Of a DNA stretch of 61,778 nt, positions 20,542 through 31,600 are shown piece by piece. The DNA comes from a virus (lineage: Duplodnaviria; Heunggongvirae; Uroviricota; Caudoviricetes), in the IMG/VR virus record IMGVR_UViG_2778261381_000005; one strand, 5' to 3'. Both the position numbers and the translations under genes were made by a program. Numbering within the stretch: the first letter of the stretch is position 1; each line of letters begins with the position of its first letter. The notes under the pieces were generated by a model that did not search any database, was not told the DNA's origin, and saw nothing but the letters and a program-made list of their open reading frames with translations.

Positions 20542-20961
20542 ATGTTTAGTGAAATGTTGCTTGAAGATGAACTGGATCGGAAAACAACAGAGGCTTTGAT
20601 TCGTGTAGCGGACGAACATTCCCGGTCGCTTATGAGCGATCGAGAGGCTCGTCTGGCTATTCGTGCCATATTCGAAACTGCGCAGGGGCTTGTTGGCGCA
20701 CAAGTAGGTGAAGCCATTAACATCGCCATGTCTCAGTTCAGTGAAGGCAGTAAAAAGCCTCTGTTTCCTATGCATTTGATGCTGGCTGGTGGCACGGTGC
20801 TTTATATCTCTGTTTGTCTGGATAGCAACCAAATCAATATTCTCAACACTGCGTCAGGTAAGTGGAAAGATCCGATTGTCTGTGAAACCAGTGAAGAAAC
20901 TTTGAAAAAAGCGGCTCAATTTGTACGTAGCGCACTACTTAAGGGCGCTAAGAAGTTGTAA
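20542..20961 (+). CDS. hypothetical protein
   Basis: ORF only. Confidence 0.45.
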   Translation: MFSEMLLEDELDRKTTEALIRVADEHSRSLMSDREARLAIRAIFETAQGLVGAQVGEAINIAMSQFSEGSKKPLFPMHLMLAGGTVLYISVCLDSNQINILNTASGKWKDPIVCETSEETLKKAAQFVRSALLKGAKKL

Positions 20962-20970
20962 GGAGTTCTG

Positions 20971-21528
20971 ATGACAACGATTGTTGCAGGCATCGATATC
21001 GAGTCTACGGGACTGGATTTCCTTGCTGGTCATAAAATTATTGAAATCGCAATTACCCGCTATGAACTGGAGACACAGAGACATATTGATAGTCTGGAGA
21101 TGCGTTTTAACCCTCGCAGAAACATAGATCCGAAAGCTCAAGCCGTTCATGGCATTTCATTGGAACAGCTCGCAGCTGAACCTTTGTTGTCAAATCATGC
21201 CAGCGAAATTGGCGCTTATATGGGGGCATGTAGTGTGTGGGTTGCTCATAACGGCGAAGCATTTGATATACCATTTATTCGACACGAGTTTTCAGGGTAT
21301 GGAGTAAGACTGCCAGAAGTTCCTGTTATAGATACTATGTTATCGGGATTGTGGGCCACAGAAGACGGTAAACGTCCCCGCCTTGAAGAGTTGGCCTTCT
21401 CTCTTGGCTTTATATACGATCATGCCAAAGCACATAGTGCCTTATATGACACAAACTTAATGATGCAATGCTTCTTTAAGGCACGTAATAAGTACGGATT
21501 TTTTAAATTACCCTCTGAAATTGTGTAA
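20971..21528 (+). CDS. DnaQ-like 3'-5' exonuclease (DEDDh)
   Basis: Exo motifs GIDIESTG, HNGEAFDIPF, HSALYDT. Confidence 0.7.
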   Translation: MTTIVAGIDIESTGLDFLAGHKIIEIAITRYELETQRHIDSLEMRFNPRRNIDPKAQAVHGISLEQLAAEPLLSNHASEIGAYMGACSVWVAHNGEAFDIPFIRHEFSGYGVRLPEVPVIDTMLSGLWATEDGKRPRLEELAFSLGFIYDHAKAHSALYDTNLMMQCFFKARNKYGFFKLPSEIV

Positions 21529-21532
21529 AACA

Positions 21533-21568
21533 AAAGCCTACTTTAAAAAGTTTAAAGTAGGCTTTTTT
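21533..21568 (+). terminator. rho-independent terminator
   Basis: aagcctacttta...taaagtaggctt hairpin followed by TTTTTTTT. Confidence 0.65.
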
Positions 21569-21686
21569 TTAAAGAACAGTCGCCTTTCAATCATTTTCTG
21601 CCTGTATTTAATACTTTTCCGCCTGATAGGTTTAGTCAAAATGCAGCCATCGAAACGCAAATGTAACCAAACAGAAGGAGACTTAC

Positions 21687-22496
21687 ATGAGTTCGGTTGA
21701 AAATGTAATGACAAATGATGATCTGGACGAGCTGACAGCCATGTTGCAATCACTTGATGAACCAGTAAAAAAAGCTGCACAGGTTGAAAATACTGATGAT
21801 ATTGACGATCTGCTGCTCGGCCTAGATGCTGGCGTAGCCATGAGTTCTGATGATGTTGCCGAAGAACTGTTCAATGAAGAAAAAGCAGGTGATTTCAGCT
21901 CTGCTTTAAATGAGTTGGAGTTAGCGCATGAGCCTATAAACGTAATTAACGCTGAAAGTGTTGAAGCTGCCGAAAACGAGCCAGAACAATTGGGATTTAT
22001 TGAGGTTGAAGAGTGTGTTGAGGTTAATGATGAATTAAAAGTTCAACAGTCAAATGATAGCAATACAAATAAAAAAGCGCGTACTGCAAGAGGTCCTCGT
22101 TTTACTTTAAGTGATAAAGATGATTCGTTTTTCAATAAAGCGGGCTTAGAAAAAGATATTTTCTTAGACGCTTACGATAACGCGCCTGTCAAAGCAAAGG
22201 ATAAGATATTAAACCTTCTTAATTGGTTTAGCGGAGGTCCAGATATTAGTGTTTACACGGTAATTTCCATGAGACACCTTCTCACAGAAAAGAAGGCTAC
22301 AAGTAATAGTATTAAGATTGCTTTAATGAGCAATCCAGAAAAACCGTATCCGCTTAACACTGCGTCAACTCAGGCTGGGCAAATGATGGCTGTATTTCCA
22401 GCGACAGGAATTGCCGTTAGAGACGGTGGAAATCTAACATTGAACGAAGAATCACCGATCGTTAAGAAGTTTGTCGCGGAGTACACTATTGGATGA
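21687..22496 (+). CDS. hypothetical acidic protein
   Basis: ORF with RBS aaggag. Confidence 0.5.
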   Translation: MSSVENVMTNDDLDELTAMLQSLDEPVKKAAQVENTDDIDDLLLGLDAGVAMSSDDVAEELFNEEKAGDFSSALNELELAHEPINVINAESVEAAENEPEQLGFIEVEECVEVNDELKVQQSNDSNTNKKARTARGPRFTLSDKDDSFFNKAGLEKDIFLDAYDNAPVKAKDKILNLLNWFSGGPDISVYTVISMRHLLTEKKATSNSIKIALMSNPEKPYPLNTASTQAGQMMAVFPATGIAVRDGGNLTLNEESPIVKKFVAEYTIG

Positions 22497-22679
22497 CGTT
22501 CCCCTACTTAAAATAAAGCCCATAGAGAGCTTTATAGTACTGGGTAAGCCAATCACATACCCAGCACCACAAAAACGCGCCAGAGAGCTTCTCGTTTGCA
22601 TTTCTGGCGCGTTTTATTTGATTGCCAGACATAAAATCAAATGCAAAAATAGGTATATACTTACCTATCGAGAAAGAAG

Positions 22680-23273
22680 ATGATTGCAGCCGAAAAAATC
22701 AAACAGCGAAAGCGCGACAACTCTCTTCGTGACCTCTGGAGAACACCTGACTGGCTGTTTTCTGCCATTCAACGTTATCTTGGAGTGACATTTGATGTTG
22801 ACGTTGCCTGCAACAAGGACAATGCAAAGCTGCCTAATTTCATAGGCGTTGAGCGTGATGCTTTGAAATCTGAATGGGGACAGCCAGGTACAATTGCCTT
22901 CCTCAATCCACCCTACTCCAAAATCTCCCCCTGGATTGATGCGGCTATACGTGAGCAGGCTCGTGGAGTTACAACAGTGATGCTAATTCCTCAATCCCTA
23001 GATACAAAGTGGTATGAGCGTGCAACAGAGTGTGCGAATGAGACGATTATTCTGTCTGGTGGCCGCGTAGCGTTTGTCGAGCCTGACGTAAATCTGGGTC
23101 AGGTAGAAGTAAACATCAACCCAGGTGGCAGTATGCTCGTTGTTTTTCGAGGATTCTGTCAGGACGCTGGGCACTCTATAAGCAAGATCCCTTTGGACGT
23201 CATGAAAAGTCTGGGAGGGTATGATCCTGCGAATGTGATCAGGAAAAAAAGACCATCAAAGAAGGCTGCTTAG
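22680..23273 (+). CDS. phage Dam-like DNA N6-adenine methyltransferase
   Basis: NPPY motif (AFLNPPYSK) and overall size typical of phage Dam-family MTases. Confidence 0.65.
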   Translation: MIAAEKIKQRKRDNSLRDLWRTPDWLFSAIQRYLGVTFDVDVACNKDNAKLPNFIGVERDALKSEWGQPGTIAFLNPPYSKISPWIDAAIREQARGVTTVMLIPQSLDTKWYERATECANETIILSGGRVAFVEPDVNLGQVEVNINPGGSMLVVFRGFCQDAGHSISKIPLDVMKSLGGYDPANVIRKKRPSKKAA

Positions 23274-23293
23274 TTTGTTCTGGCGTCTGTAAT

Positions 23294-23353
23294 TAGCCTG
23301 CTTCTGTATATATAAATAACTACATATTAATTATTAATATACGGAAGCAGGCT
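23294..23353. repeat. about 60-bp imperfect inverted repeat element with TATAAATA core (copy 1 of 2)
   Basis: agcctgcttctgtatatataaata...tatacggaagcaggct; near-identical copy at 52804-52861. Confidence 0.6.
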
Positions 23354-23459
23354 GTTTTATATCAGAGACTCCCAGACCTGAACACCACTACAGAATCCAC
23401 TAGAACCCCTTCCCAGACGCTTTAAAATCGATTTTATGAACCACTTTAAGGAAACCAAC

Positions 23460-23690
23460 ATGTCATACCCGACTAATGTCGTTGCGCTCGTAGAGAGCGA
23501 TTTTCTGGCCCAGGCTCGTGAAATGATGAAAGATCGTGAGCAGGCTTTCAACTTGTACGAATGGGCAATTAAGTGCTTGCATCTTGGGGAGCATCGCGAA
23601 CTTGTTGAACAGCTTTTAGGTGAGTTGATCAACGAGGTGTTTGCCTTGAATGTTCAACTACATGGTCGAAAAAATAATCAATCGAAATGA
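23460..23690 (+). CDS. hypothetical protein
   Basis: RBS aagga before ATG at 23460. Confidence 0.4.
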   Translation: MSYPTNVVALVESDFLAQAREMMKDREQAFNLYEWAIKCLHLGEHRELVEQLLGELINEVFALNVQLHGRKNNQSK

Positions 23691-24275
23691 TAGATAAGTA
23701 CAAACTATTCATAAAGTGAATTGTAAGTGCTAAGATCTGATAGTTTCCAGTCGTAGATTGGAGGCTCGACCTGATGGGTGGGGGTAAGCGTCACTGGCGT
23801 CAGGTTTAAAAAAGCTCACTACCAGCGTAGAACCGGCACCGTTTAGGGGTTGGGGAAGGGGGAACCAAAGTGAGCAGAGACAAGGGTCACTTTATGATTG
23901 TCGAGTCTGGGGTGTTTCGAGAGGTTGAATCCAGTACTCCCCTTCATAAAGTGTGGGAAGATCTCGGTTCTGGGGTGCTGTCATCCATAACTTCCCAAGC
24001 CTAAGCTGGCAGTAGACTTAGGTCATAACTTTTCAGGTTATGAAACGACCAGGTTGGTGAGGAAATTTTGTACTCACCTCCCTGGGAGAGTATTACCTGA
24101 AAAGACAACCTCTCACTTCGTTCGAGGTGAACTTCACTCACTTCGTTCGTTCAGTTCAGGTTTATAAAAACCTGTTCTGGGAAGTAATTTGTTTATTTTA
24201 ATAATTATTAACACGCACGCGTGTGCGCACGCGCGAGGAAAAAAAATCGGCGCGGCGCTTGATTCAGGAGTTTAT

Positions 24276-24866
24276 ATGACGACGAAGACACCAGCCCGAT
24301 CGCAAGCAAAAACTCGCAAAAATGACAAAAACAAAAATTCTCCCCGCACCAATTCCACAACGCCTGTCGTAGAGTTCAATCCCCAGCTTAAAACCGTGAA
24401 AATCTTCAGTGATGGCTCTTGCCTTAAAAATCCGGGTGGCCCGGGCGGTTACGGTATAGTTCTCCAGTATGGTGGTGAGGAACGCGAGTTCTCAGATGGT
24501 TTTCATAGCACCACCAATAACCGCATGGAGATGATGGGGGCACTTATCGGGCTGGAGCGTTTGAAATATCCATGCAACGTTATTTTGTACTCTGATAGCC
24601 AGTATCTGAAAAACGGCATGACACAGTGGATGAAATGGTGGAAACGCAATGGATGGATGACTTCTGACAAAAAACCGGTAAAGAATGTTGATCTGTGGAA
24701 GCGTCTGGATGAGGCCGCAAGTCGACATAATGTTCGCTGGAAGTGGGTTAAAGGTCACGCCGGGCATCGTGAAAATGAAATATGTGATCGACTCGCGAAG
24801 ATCGCAGCTTTTTCAGCAGCAGATATGCCTCACAAGAAAGATATTGGTTTTGTTTATAACAAGTAG
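24276..24866 (+). CDS. rnhA: ribonuclease H (RNase HI-like) with basic N-terminal extension
   Basis: KIFSDGSC...[35 protein letters not shown]; RBS caggag before ATG 24276. Confidence 0.8.
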   Translation: MTTKTPARSQAKTRKNDKNKNSPRTNSTTPVVEFNPQLKTVKIFSDGSCLKNPGGPGGYGIVLQYGGEEREFSDGFHSTTNNRMEMMGALIGLERLKYPCNVILYSDSQYLKNGMTQWMKWWKRNGWMTSDKKPVKNVDLWKRLDEAASRHNVRWKWVKGHAGHRENEICDRLAKIAAFSAADMPHKKDIGFVYNK

Positions 24867-25014
24867 TAAGTAAGTGTTTACCTATCATTTTAAATCATGT
24901 ATCTTATCAGCGTCAGGATGACAATGTGTCGGTAAGACACAGTTCCAGGATGGAACGAGAAAGGCGGCTGGCGATCGCCAGCCGCAACTCTTTCTGACAC
25001 TGGATGGAGTCCAC

Positions 25015-25509
25015 ATGGCACGTCAAACCTATTTCACTTCTGCAACTAAACGTCCTCGTTCTTTACGTCAAATTTTGGCCGAATTGTTTAGCGGTCGTGT
25101 TATGTCACGTCTTGATGAACTAGAGACTACCGTTCGGTTGCTGAATGAACGTTTAGATAATCAAGCGTCAGTTGTTGCGAACGTGGGGGCGATTGTTGCC
25201 TCTGGTTCTTCACGCGAAGCGAAAAGTACACGGCCTTTAGTGAAGGAGAAAAACAACAAGGACAGTTCGAATGGAAAATTTTCAAAGAAAGAGGCTGAAA
25301 CCAATGGCCTACGTTCTCATTATAGTTTCACTGGCGACGGTAGCCGTTCCAGCCGGCCAGAGCCTTTTGATGCCGGGTTCATCCATCACCACACCTCCGT
25401 CGACGACAATTACCACCACTCCAGTAGAGCGTCCTGTCACTCTGGATGGGATGACGGTGGATGCGATACCTCAAGTTCATCCAGTTACTCAGGATCATGT
25501 TGTGACTAA
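25015..25509 (+). CDS. hypothetical protein (C-terminal part overlaps another frame)
   Basis: RBS ggag before ATG; low-complexity Ser/Cys-rich C-terminus. Confidence 0.35.
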   Translation: MARQTYFTSATKRPRSLRQILAELFSGRVMSRLDELETTVRLLNERLDNQASVVANVGAIVASGSSREAKSTRPLVKEKNNKDSSNGKFSKKEAETNGLRSHYSFTGDGSRSSRPEPFDAGFIHHHTSVDDNYHHSSRASCHSGWDDGGCDTSSSSSYSGSCCD

Positions 25510-25522
25510 GGTGGTTGTATGA
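25304..25522 (+). CDS. small secreted/membrane protein, tentative
   Basis: RBS gaaagagg; hydrophobic N-terminus; ATGA-coupled to next ORF. Confidence 0.35.
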   Translation: MAYVLIIVSLATVAVPAGQSLLMPGSSITTPPSTTITTTPVERPVTLDGMTVDAIPQVHPVTQDHVVTKVVV

Positions 25523-25707
25523 ACTGGCTTTCAAATCACTTTGGGAAAATTTGGCTGGCAATTCTGGCTCTCATGGCCGCCGGTTGGGTATCCAACATTA
25601 TAAAACTCGTTTGCTCAGGTGATCTCCAGTTTCAGGCTGGCATGACCTTGGCTCGTGTAGTTGGGATTTTTATTTTTCCAGTCGGTTCGGTACTTGGTTA
25701 TTTCTGA
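25519..25707 (+). CDS. small membrane protein
   Basis: 62 aa, two hydrophobic segments. Confidence 0.45.
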   Translation: MNWLSNHFGKIWLAILALMAAGWVSNIIKLVCSGDLQFQAGMTLARVVGIFIFPVGSVLGYF

Positions 25708-25760
25708 CGGTTGTTAGTGCATATGCATTGACCGTCTTTGCGTAAGCAATTTATGTAACC

Positions 25761-25780
25761 AGAAAACAATTTGTTTTGAC
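25761..25780 (+). promoter_or_regulatory. motif 1 palindrome
   Basis: agaaaacaatttgttttgac followed by aaaggaaaacacATG. Confidence 0.45.
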
Positions 25781-25800
25781 AAATAGCAAAAGGAAAACAC

Positions 25801-26226
25801 ATGTTAGGTTTCTTCAAAAAGAAAACTCGTAAAGCTGTTATCGAAGTCAAAAAAATGGAGAACCGTGATGCGGTTGAAGCCACCGTGTGGGGCGGGTACA
25901 TGATCTCCTATGCCAACGGTACATGCGATGCAAAAGAAATTTCCATTCTTGAGAAAACAATTGCAGCTCTGCCTGCATTTTCTCCTTTTGCTGGTGAGAT
26001 TGCCCAGATGAGCGCCAATATCCGCGCTCAATACGAAGCCTCACCGCGCCGTGCTAATGCCCAGGCTTTACGTGAGCTGGCGGATGTGGCCGGGACTGAT
26101 GATGCAGTAGATGTACTGTGTCTGTGCCTTGATATTGCCGACCAGGACGGCATTGATGAACCAGAAGAGCAGGCGCTGAAAAAGATCGCCCAGGCGCTTC
26201 AGTTGTCACTGGATGCTTATCTCTAA
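25801..26226 (+). CDS. hypothetical protein, possibly TerB-like
   Basis: Acidic helical repeats DGIDEPEEQALKKIA reminiscent of TerB domain; weak. Confidence 0.35.
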   Translation: MLGFFKKKTRKAVIEVKKMENRDAVEATVWGGYMISYANGTCDAKEISILEKTIAALPAFSPFAGEIAQMSANIRAQYEASPRRANAQALRELADVAGTDDAVDVLCLCLDIADQDGIDEPEEQALKKIAQALQLSLDAYL

Positions 26227-26384
26227 TGCTTGAGAGATTCCGGCTTGTGACCGTCATTGCTCTTCTGGTGATAGCGGTGTTGGTGGATTTTACGGGAAAG
26301 ATGATGTCTGTCATTTCTGTTGGCGTCCTCATTGGTCTGGCGATCTACTTCGCTTATCCGCTAGTCCGTAAAGCAACGTGTTAA
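26226..26384 (+). CDS. small membrane protein (52 aa), not in ORF track
   Basis: TAATG overlap with upstream stop; two hydrophobic segments; terminator hairpin follows. Confidence 0.35.
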   Translation: MLERFRLVTVIALLVIAVLVDFTGKMMSVISVGVLIGLAIYFAYPLVRKATC

Positions 26385-26523
26385 TGACAAGGGCCAAATG
26401 GCCCTTGTGTTTCGTTGACCGAAATAGAGAGTTTGCACCTTTACGTTTAGCTTGCTCCCCTTTTATGCCACATCACAATAAAGCCAATAAGAAAACAACT
26501 TGTTTAAGCATTAGGAAAAACAC

Positions 26524-27093
26524 ATGTGCAAGAAATGCAAAGCGATAGCTGATGAACAAAACGCCTTATTCGAAGAAATGGATGCTAATGAACTGGTCAA
26601 AATGTTAGCCATTCTTCGAGGAATAGAAGACGTTTCCATATTTGAGAGAGTGGTTACAGCACTTAATTTTGAGTCCACCTTTGAAGAGCCAACTCAGGTT
26701 GTAGCTTTAGCACATCATTTCGGTGTTCATTATCTTGCTGAAAAAGAGCGCGCTGATAAGTTGCAGGCGACTTTGGATATGGTGAGCGAGACTCAACGAA
26801 CTGATGACACTAACAAGAGTGAGGCGATTATTGCCAGCAAAGATCGTGAAATTGCTGGGCTTAAATCCTCTCTAACGATGTTGATGTCTGCGTTCAATCT
26901 TATGTCTTCTCAGGCGGGTTATAAAATGCCATCACTAAACAGCGATGATCCGATGGCCGTTCGTCAGCTTTTGGGAGCAATGGCCGACCAACTCGACGAC
27001 ACAAAGAGTCGCCTTGAAGACATGATGCGTGAGTTAAGCCATCGACATAACCTCGCAACACAACCACACAAAGTCTTTCAAAGCTCTAATTGA
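26524..27093 (+). CDS. hypothetical protein
   Basis: Motif 1 and conserved leader upstream. Confidence 0.5.
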   Translation: MCKKCKAIADEQNALFEEMDANELVKMLAILRGIEDVSIFERVVTALNFESTFEEPTQVVALAHHFGVHYLAEKERADKLQATLDMVSETQRTDDTNKSEAIIASKDREIAGLKSSLTMLMSAFNLMSSQAGYKMPSLNSDDPMAVRQLLGAMADQLDDTKSRLEDMMRELSHRHNLATQPHKVFQSSN

Positions 27094-27147
27094 TCTGATA
27101 TGGCCGCATGATCGGCCATATTGTGTTGATAAAAACAAGGGTGAAAA

Positions 27148-27429
27148 ATGGCATACGGTACAGGGATTTACAACAATAAAGGAATTAACGTTACTGGCTT
27201 CCTTACACCTATTTTTTTTCTTGATCGATTTACGGCGTCATCAGGCTCTAAGACGTACTCTAATCCGCCACCGGGTAAATCACTACATGCCGTGTGGTCA
27301 TTAATGCCTCTTAACAACGACAACTACATCAATTTACCTGTTCCAAATGTTACTATTAATGGAAATACGGTTAGTTGGTCAAATTTATATACGGGGCTTG
27401 GTTCTTACATATACACATACTGGGGATAA
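27148..27429 (+). CDS. hypothetical protein
   Basis: RBS aagggtga; Tyr/Asn/Gly-rich. Confidence 0.4.
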   Translation: MAYGTGIYNNKGINVTGFLTPIFFLDRFTASSGSKTYSNPPPGKSLHAVWSLMPLNNDNYINLPVPNVTINGNTVSWSNLYTGLGSYIYTYWG

Positions 27430-27431
27430 TT

Positions 27432-28046
27432 ATGTTCGGGATGTCAATTACTCAATCAGATGGAAGTTTGTGGATGAGTCCTGAATTTACTCCGCAAAAT
27501 CTGATTAATAAAGGGACAATGTCTACATCTAAAGGTTCTGTTTTTCAAACATCAATCCCATCAAACAAATCATGCTTTTTCTTCATAAAAAGCAGCAATA
27601 AGGCGAACATGATGTTTATTCATGAACATAGTAACGGATACAATGCTCTCAGATTGCATCAGGTAAATGGTAGCCCCGGAACAATAACAGTTTATGCTTT
27701 TTCTGATATGGTGTTACCACATTCTGGCTATGGCATTGCCATGTATAACAGCGCAGGCGCAATGGTGTATCACGGTGAGATGATGCCCCTTGATGCAAAA
27801 CTTATCACTATTACTGACCCACAATTTACAATAGATATGGGGTATCCGTGCGCAGTAATGCCTGCTATGGTTGGGGTTTATAACTATAGACGAACCGATT
27901 ACGACAGACCTGTCTATGTAACTATGACCGGTGCAACTGGAAACCAAGTATATAACGGTCAATGGTATTCCGGTAATGTCACATGGGATATTAAGAAGAT
28001 TTATACAAACAAAATCCTGGTTATAAATACCTCAAAGTATGATTAG
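27432..28046 (+). CDS. hypothetical protein
   Basis: ATG 3 nt after previous stop; AT-rich codon usage. Confidence 0.45.
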   Translation: MFGMSITQSDGSLWMSPEFTPQNLINKGTMSTSKGSVFQTSIPSNKSCFFFIKSSNKANMMFIHEHSNGYNALRLHQVNGSPGTITVYAFSDMVLPHSGYGIAMYNSAGAMVYHGEMMPLDAKLITITDPQFTIDMGYPCAVMPAMVGVYNYRRTDYDRPVYVTMTGATGNQVYNGQWYSGNVTWDIKKIYTNKILVINTSKYD

Positions 28047-28149
28047 CAAATACCTTTATTTAAAGGATTGCCTGTTAATTTCTATTTAGCACCTTTTCAT
28101 TTTTGAAATAATTGCACTATTAAACAAATCTTTTCTTAATGGTGCAATT

Positions 28150-28626
28150 ATGAATACAGCTCTTTCCATCATCGACGATACCAACTCAAACACTGCTATC
28201 GATTATCGTCAGGAAATGAACGTCATCCACGAAATCGTAGCCGAGTGCGAGAAAGAGATCGCCTTCATGTATCAGGTTCACGACTTCGTTTATGGCGACG
28301 AACGCCACAACATGATTAATCGCCTGCTGCAACTGAACCATCGACCAGATGAAGAACGCTCACGTTTGAATCGAGCTTGGCTGGATAAAGTCGATCTGGA
28401 ATGGGTGAAACAGAATATTTGGGCCGAGTACTGGAGGAAGGTCACGGATATGACTAACGTTTTGCTGATCATGCCAGCTTCCCGTCGCGACGAGTGGCGT
28501 GAGCAGTTTATAGAGGGCAAACAGGAAGTCATCAAAACTGACAGAACCGGCTACCAGATGAAGGTTAAAGAGTTCGTTGGTGTACCTGAGTTCAAAGTGG
28601 ATACAAACATCCCTACGATGGTTTGA
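28150..28626 (+). CDS. hypothetical protein
   Basis: ORF only. Confidence 0.5.
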   Translation: MNTALSIIDDTNSNTAIDYRQEMNVIHEIVAECEKEIAFMYQVHDFVYGDERHNMINRLLQLNHRPDEERSRLNRAWLDKVDLEWVKQNIWAEYWRKVTDMTNVLLIMPASRRDEWREQFIEGKQEVIKTDRTGYQMKVKEFVGVPEFKVDTNIPTMV

Positions 28627-28684
28627 TCTGACAGCTATCTGCAATTTGCACAGATGTCTGCCAGATCTGGTTCAGATTAATACA

Positions 28685-31600
28685 CTATATCTGCCCACCT
28701 ACTCCTTTGAACTTTTCAATAAACGTGACGATTTTCTGGAAAACGGTCTGTTTTTTCGTTTTATATTGCGGGTTTAACGGACTAAGTTTTGGTAATGTCT
28801 CGTTTAATTCTGTGCCATTTTCGGTGGCGTATTCGCGTTTTAAAGACGTGCGAATATAGCGTTTCGCCGCCTCTTCATTGAGATTTTCTTCTTTTATCAA
28901 TGCTTCTGCTTCACGTTGCTGTTCGCGTTGAGCAAACGTAAAGAATGCCTCAATGATACTGGCTTTGTCTGGTAAATCATCCAGGTTCGTTTGCTGAATA
29001 AAATCGACCACCAGGCCCTCTTTCGCCCGGTTCCCCAGGCTTGAACGAATTAAGCGTTTGACCTCTTCGATCATTTCGCCCTTGCCTTTATTTTGTCTGT
29101 TGTGTTCGAAAATCAGTCCAAGGATATAATCCAGGTTTATTTCCTGAGACTTCAGCAAATCGACCTCAAAAACTACGTCATCCCAGTCAGTGGTTGATTT
29201 CTCTTTTTTCTCAGCTTCTTTCTCACGGCGCTGCCAGTCGCGAATATCGTTATAGGCAGAACGATAATCCTGAATCTTGCGTTCAGCAGGGAGACGAATT
29301 GTTTGCAATTCAGCGAACTTTTCATCATCCACATAATGTTCTGCTTTGAATTTTTCTACCGCAACAGGATCGCTAAGATCGATTTGTTGCAGGGCTTTCA
29401 GCGTGGCAAATTCATCATAGTTTTGCAGGATGTTCTCGGCACGCAGGTATTCACCAAACAGTTTTACGAAGTCTTTCTTCTCTTTTTCACTTTCAATACT
29501 GGCAGGGTCAGGGAACCGTTGTTCCAGTTCTGAAACTACTGCCATAAAGCCGCGTTTAGCTTCACCAGTGGCAGCATCTGTAAAGCCTTCCATATACTCA
29601 GCATAACTCTTTTCTAACACCACATTTTTAGTATTTTTATCACCAAACAGCGTTATGGCATCAATGGTTGAGCGTTCCAGATCCCGAAAAGTGACGATGT
29701 TACCGAAGGTTTTAGTAGCGTCATAAATGCGGTTGGTACGGGAGAATGCCTGCATCAGGCCGTGAAAACGCAAGTTTTTATCGACGAATAGCGTGTTCAA
29801 TGTTGGAGCGTCGAAGCCGGTTAAAAACATCCCAACGACAATTAACAGATCGATATCCTGATTTTTAACCCGTTGGGCTAAATCACGATAGTAGTTCTGA
29901 AAACCGTTACTGTCGGTGCTGAAGTTAGTTTTAAAATAGCTGTTATACTCACGAATTGCAGCGTCAAGAAACTCTTTAGCACTGCTGTCCATTGCGCTGG
30001 TATCAAAAGTTTCATCGGAAATTTCACCAATGGCATTTTGTTCTTCATTGGCGGCAAAGGAGAAGATTGTTGCAACACGCAGCGGTTTATAGGTAGCCGA
30101 TTTATTAGCTGCTTCCTCTTGTAACCGTTTAAACGTCGCGTAATAGGCTTTCGCGGCATCCACGCTACTCACTGCCAGCATGGCATTAAAGCCTTTGGAA
30201 CCTGGGAAAGTACGGTGGGTCTTCTGGCGGAAGTTATTCAGAATATATTGCGTAATTTCCTGTATACGCATGGGATGAAGAAATGCCTGCTGATTTTCAG
30301 CCGCACTCAGTTTTTTCTCGTCGGTTTCTGTCTCTAAAGATTTAAACTGTGGCCGCACATCGTTGTAGTCCACCTTGAATTTGAGCACTTTTTCATCACG
30401 AATCGCATCGGTAATTACATACGAATGCAATTCACGACCAAATACGCTGGCGGTCGTTTCTGAGCCTAAGGCGTTTTCCGGGAAAATAGGTGTGCCGGTA
30501 AAACCAAACTGATAATAGCGTTTGAATTTCTTCTTCAGGTTTTTCTGCGCTTCTCCAAACTGGCTGCGGTGACATTCATCAAATATAAACACCACTTGCT
30601 GATTGTATACAGGCAGGTCGCTTTCTGCTTTCATCAGGTTATTAAGTTTCTGAATAGTGGTGACGATAATTTTGTTATCGTCCTTATCCAGATTGCGTTT
30701 AAGACCTGCGGTATTTTCCGAGCCGTTGACGCTGTCTGGCGAAAAACGCTTATATTCATTCATGGTCTGGTAATCGAGGTCTTTCCTGTCGACCACGAAG
30801 AAGACTTTATCAATAAAGTCCAGCTCTGTTGCCAGACGCGCGGCTTTAAAGCTGGTGAGGGTTTTACCTGAACCGGTAGTGTGCCAGATATACCCACCGC
30901 TTTCCGGTTTTGACCAGTTCTTCGCTGTAAAGGAACTCTTAATTTTCCACAGAATGCGCTCAGTGGCGGCAATCTGGTACGGTCGCATCACCAGTAGCGT
31001 TTGGCTAACATCGAATACGCTGTAGTTCACTAAGACATTAAGCAGGGTATGTTTCTGGAAAAAGGTGGCGGTAAAGTCTTTGAGGTCTTTAATCAGCGTG
31101 TTGTCTGATTTCGCCCAATTCATGGTGAAGTCAAAACTGTTTTTATCGCGCTTTGTCGTGTTGGCAAAGTAACGGGTATCGGTGCCGTTGGAAATGACAA
31201 ACAGTTGCAGATACTTAAACAGAGAATTTTCGCTGTTAAAACTCTCTTTGCTGTAACGATGTATCTGGTTAAAGGCCTCACGAATCGCCACGCCGCGCTT
31301 TTTCAGTTCGATTTGTACCAGCGGTAAGCCATTAACCAGGATCGTGACGTCATAACGGTTAGCATGAGAACCCGTCTGTTCAAACTGCTGGATAATCTGC
31401 ACCTTGTTGCGCATGAGATTCTTTTTATCTATCAAATAGATGTTCTCAAGACGCTCGTCATCAAAAATAAAGTCGCAAATATAGTCGATATGGATTTTAC
31501 GGGTCTTATCCAGGATGCCATCGCTCGGGTTATCCAGATACTGCTCCGTGAAACGCCGCCATTCGCTGTCATTAAACACCACACCATTGAGGTTCTGAAG

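Noticed and set aside
20194-20832. 212-aa minus-strand ORF
   Set aside because: Overlaps two plus-strand genes, one with a clear P-loop; no RBS; likely spurious.
23905-23945. GGTTGAATCC resembling a tRNA T-loop
   Set aside because: No complementary T-stem, acceptor stem or anticodon arm could be drawn around it.
28627-28700. Transposase, integrase or target-site duplications at the edges of the host-type block
   Set aside because: No transposase-like ORF, inverted terminal repeats or matching direct repeats were found at either junction (28627-28700, 39160-39245).
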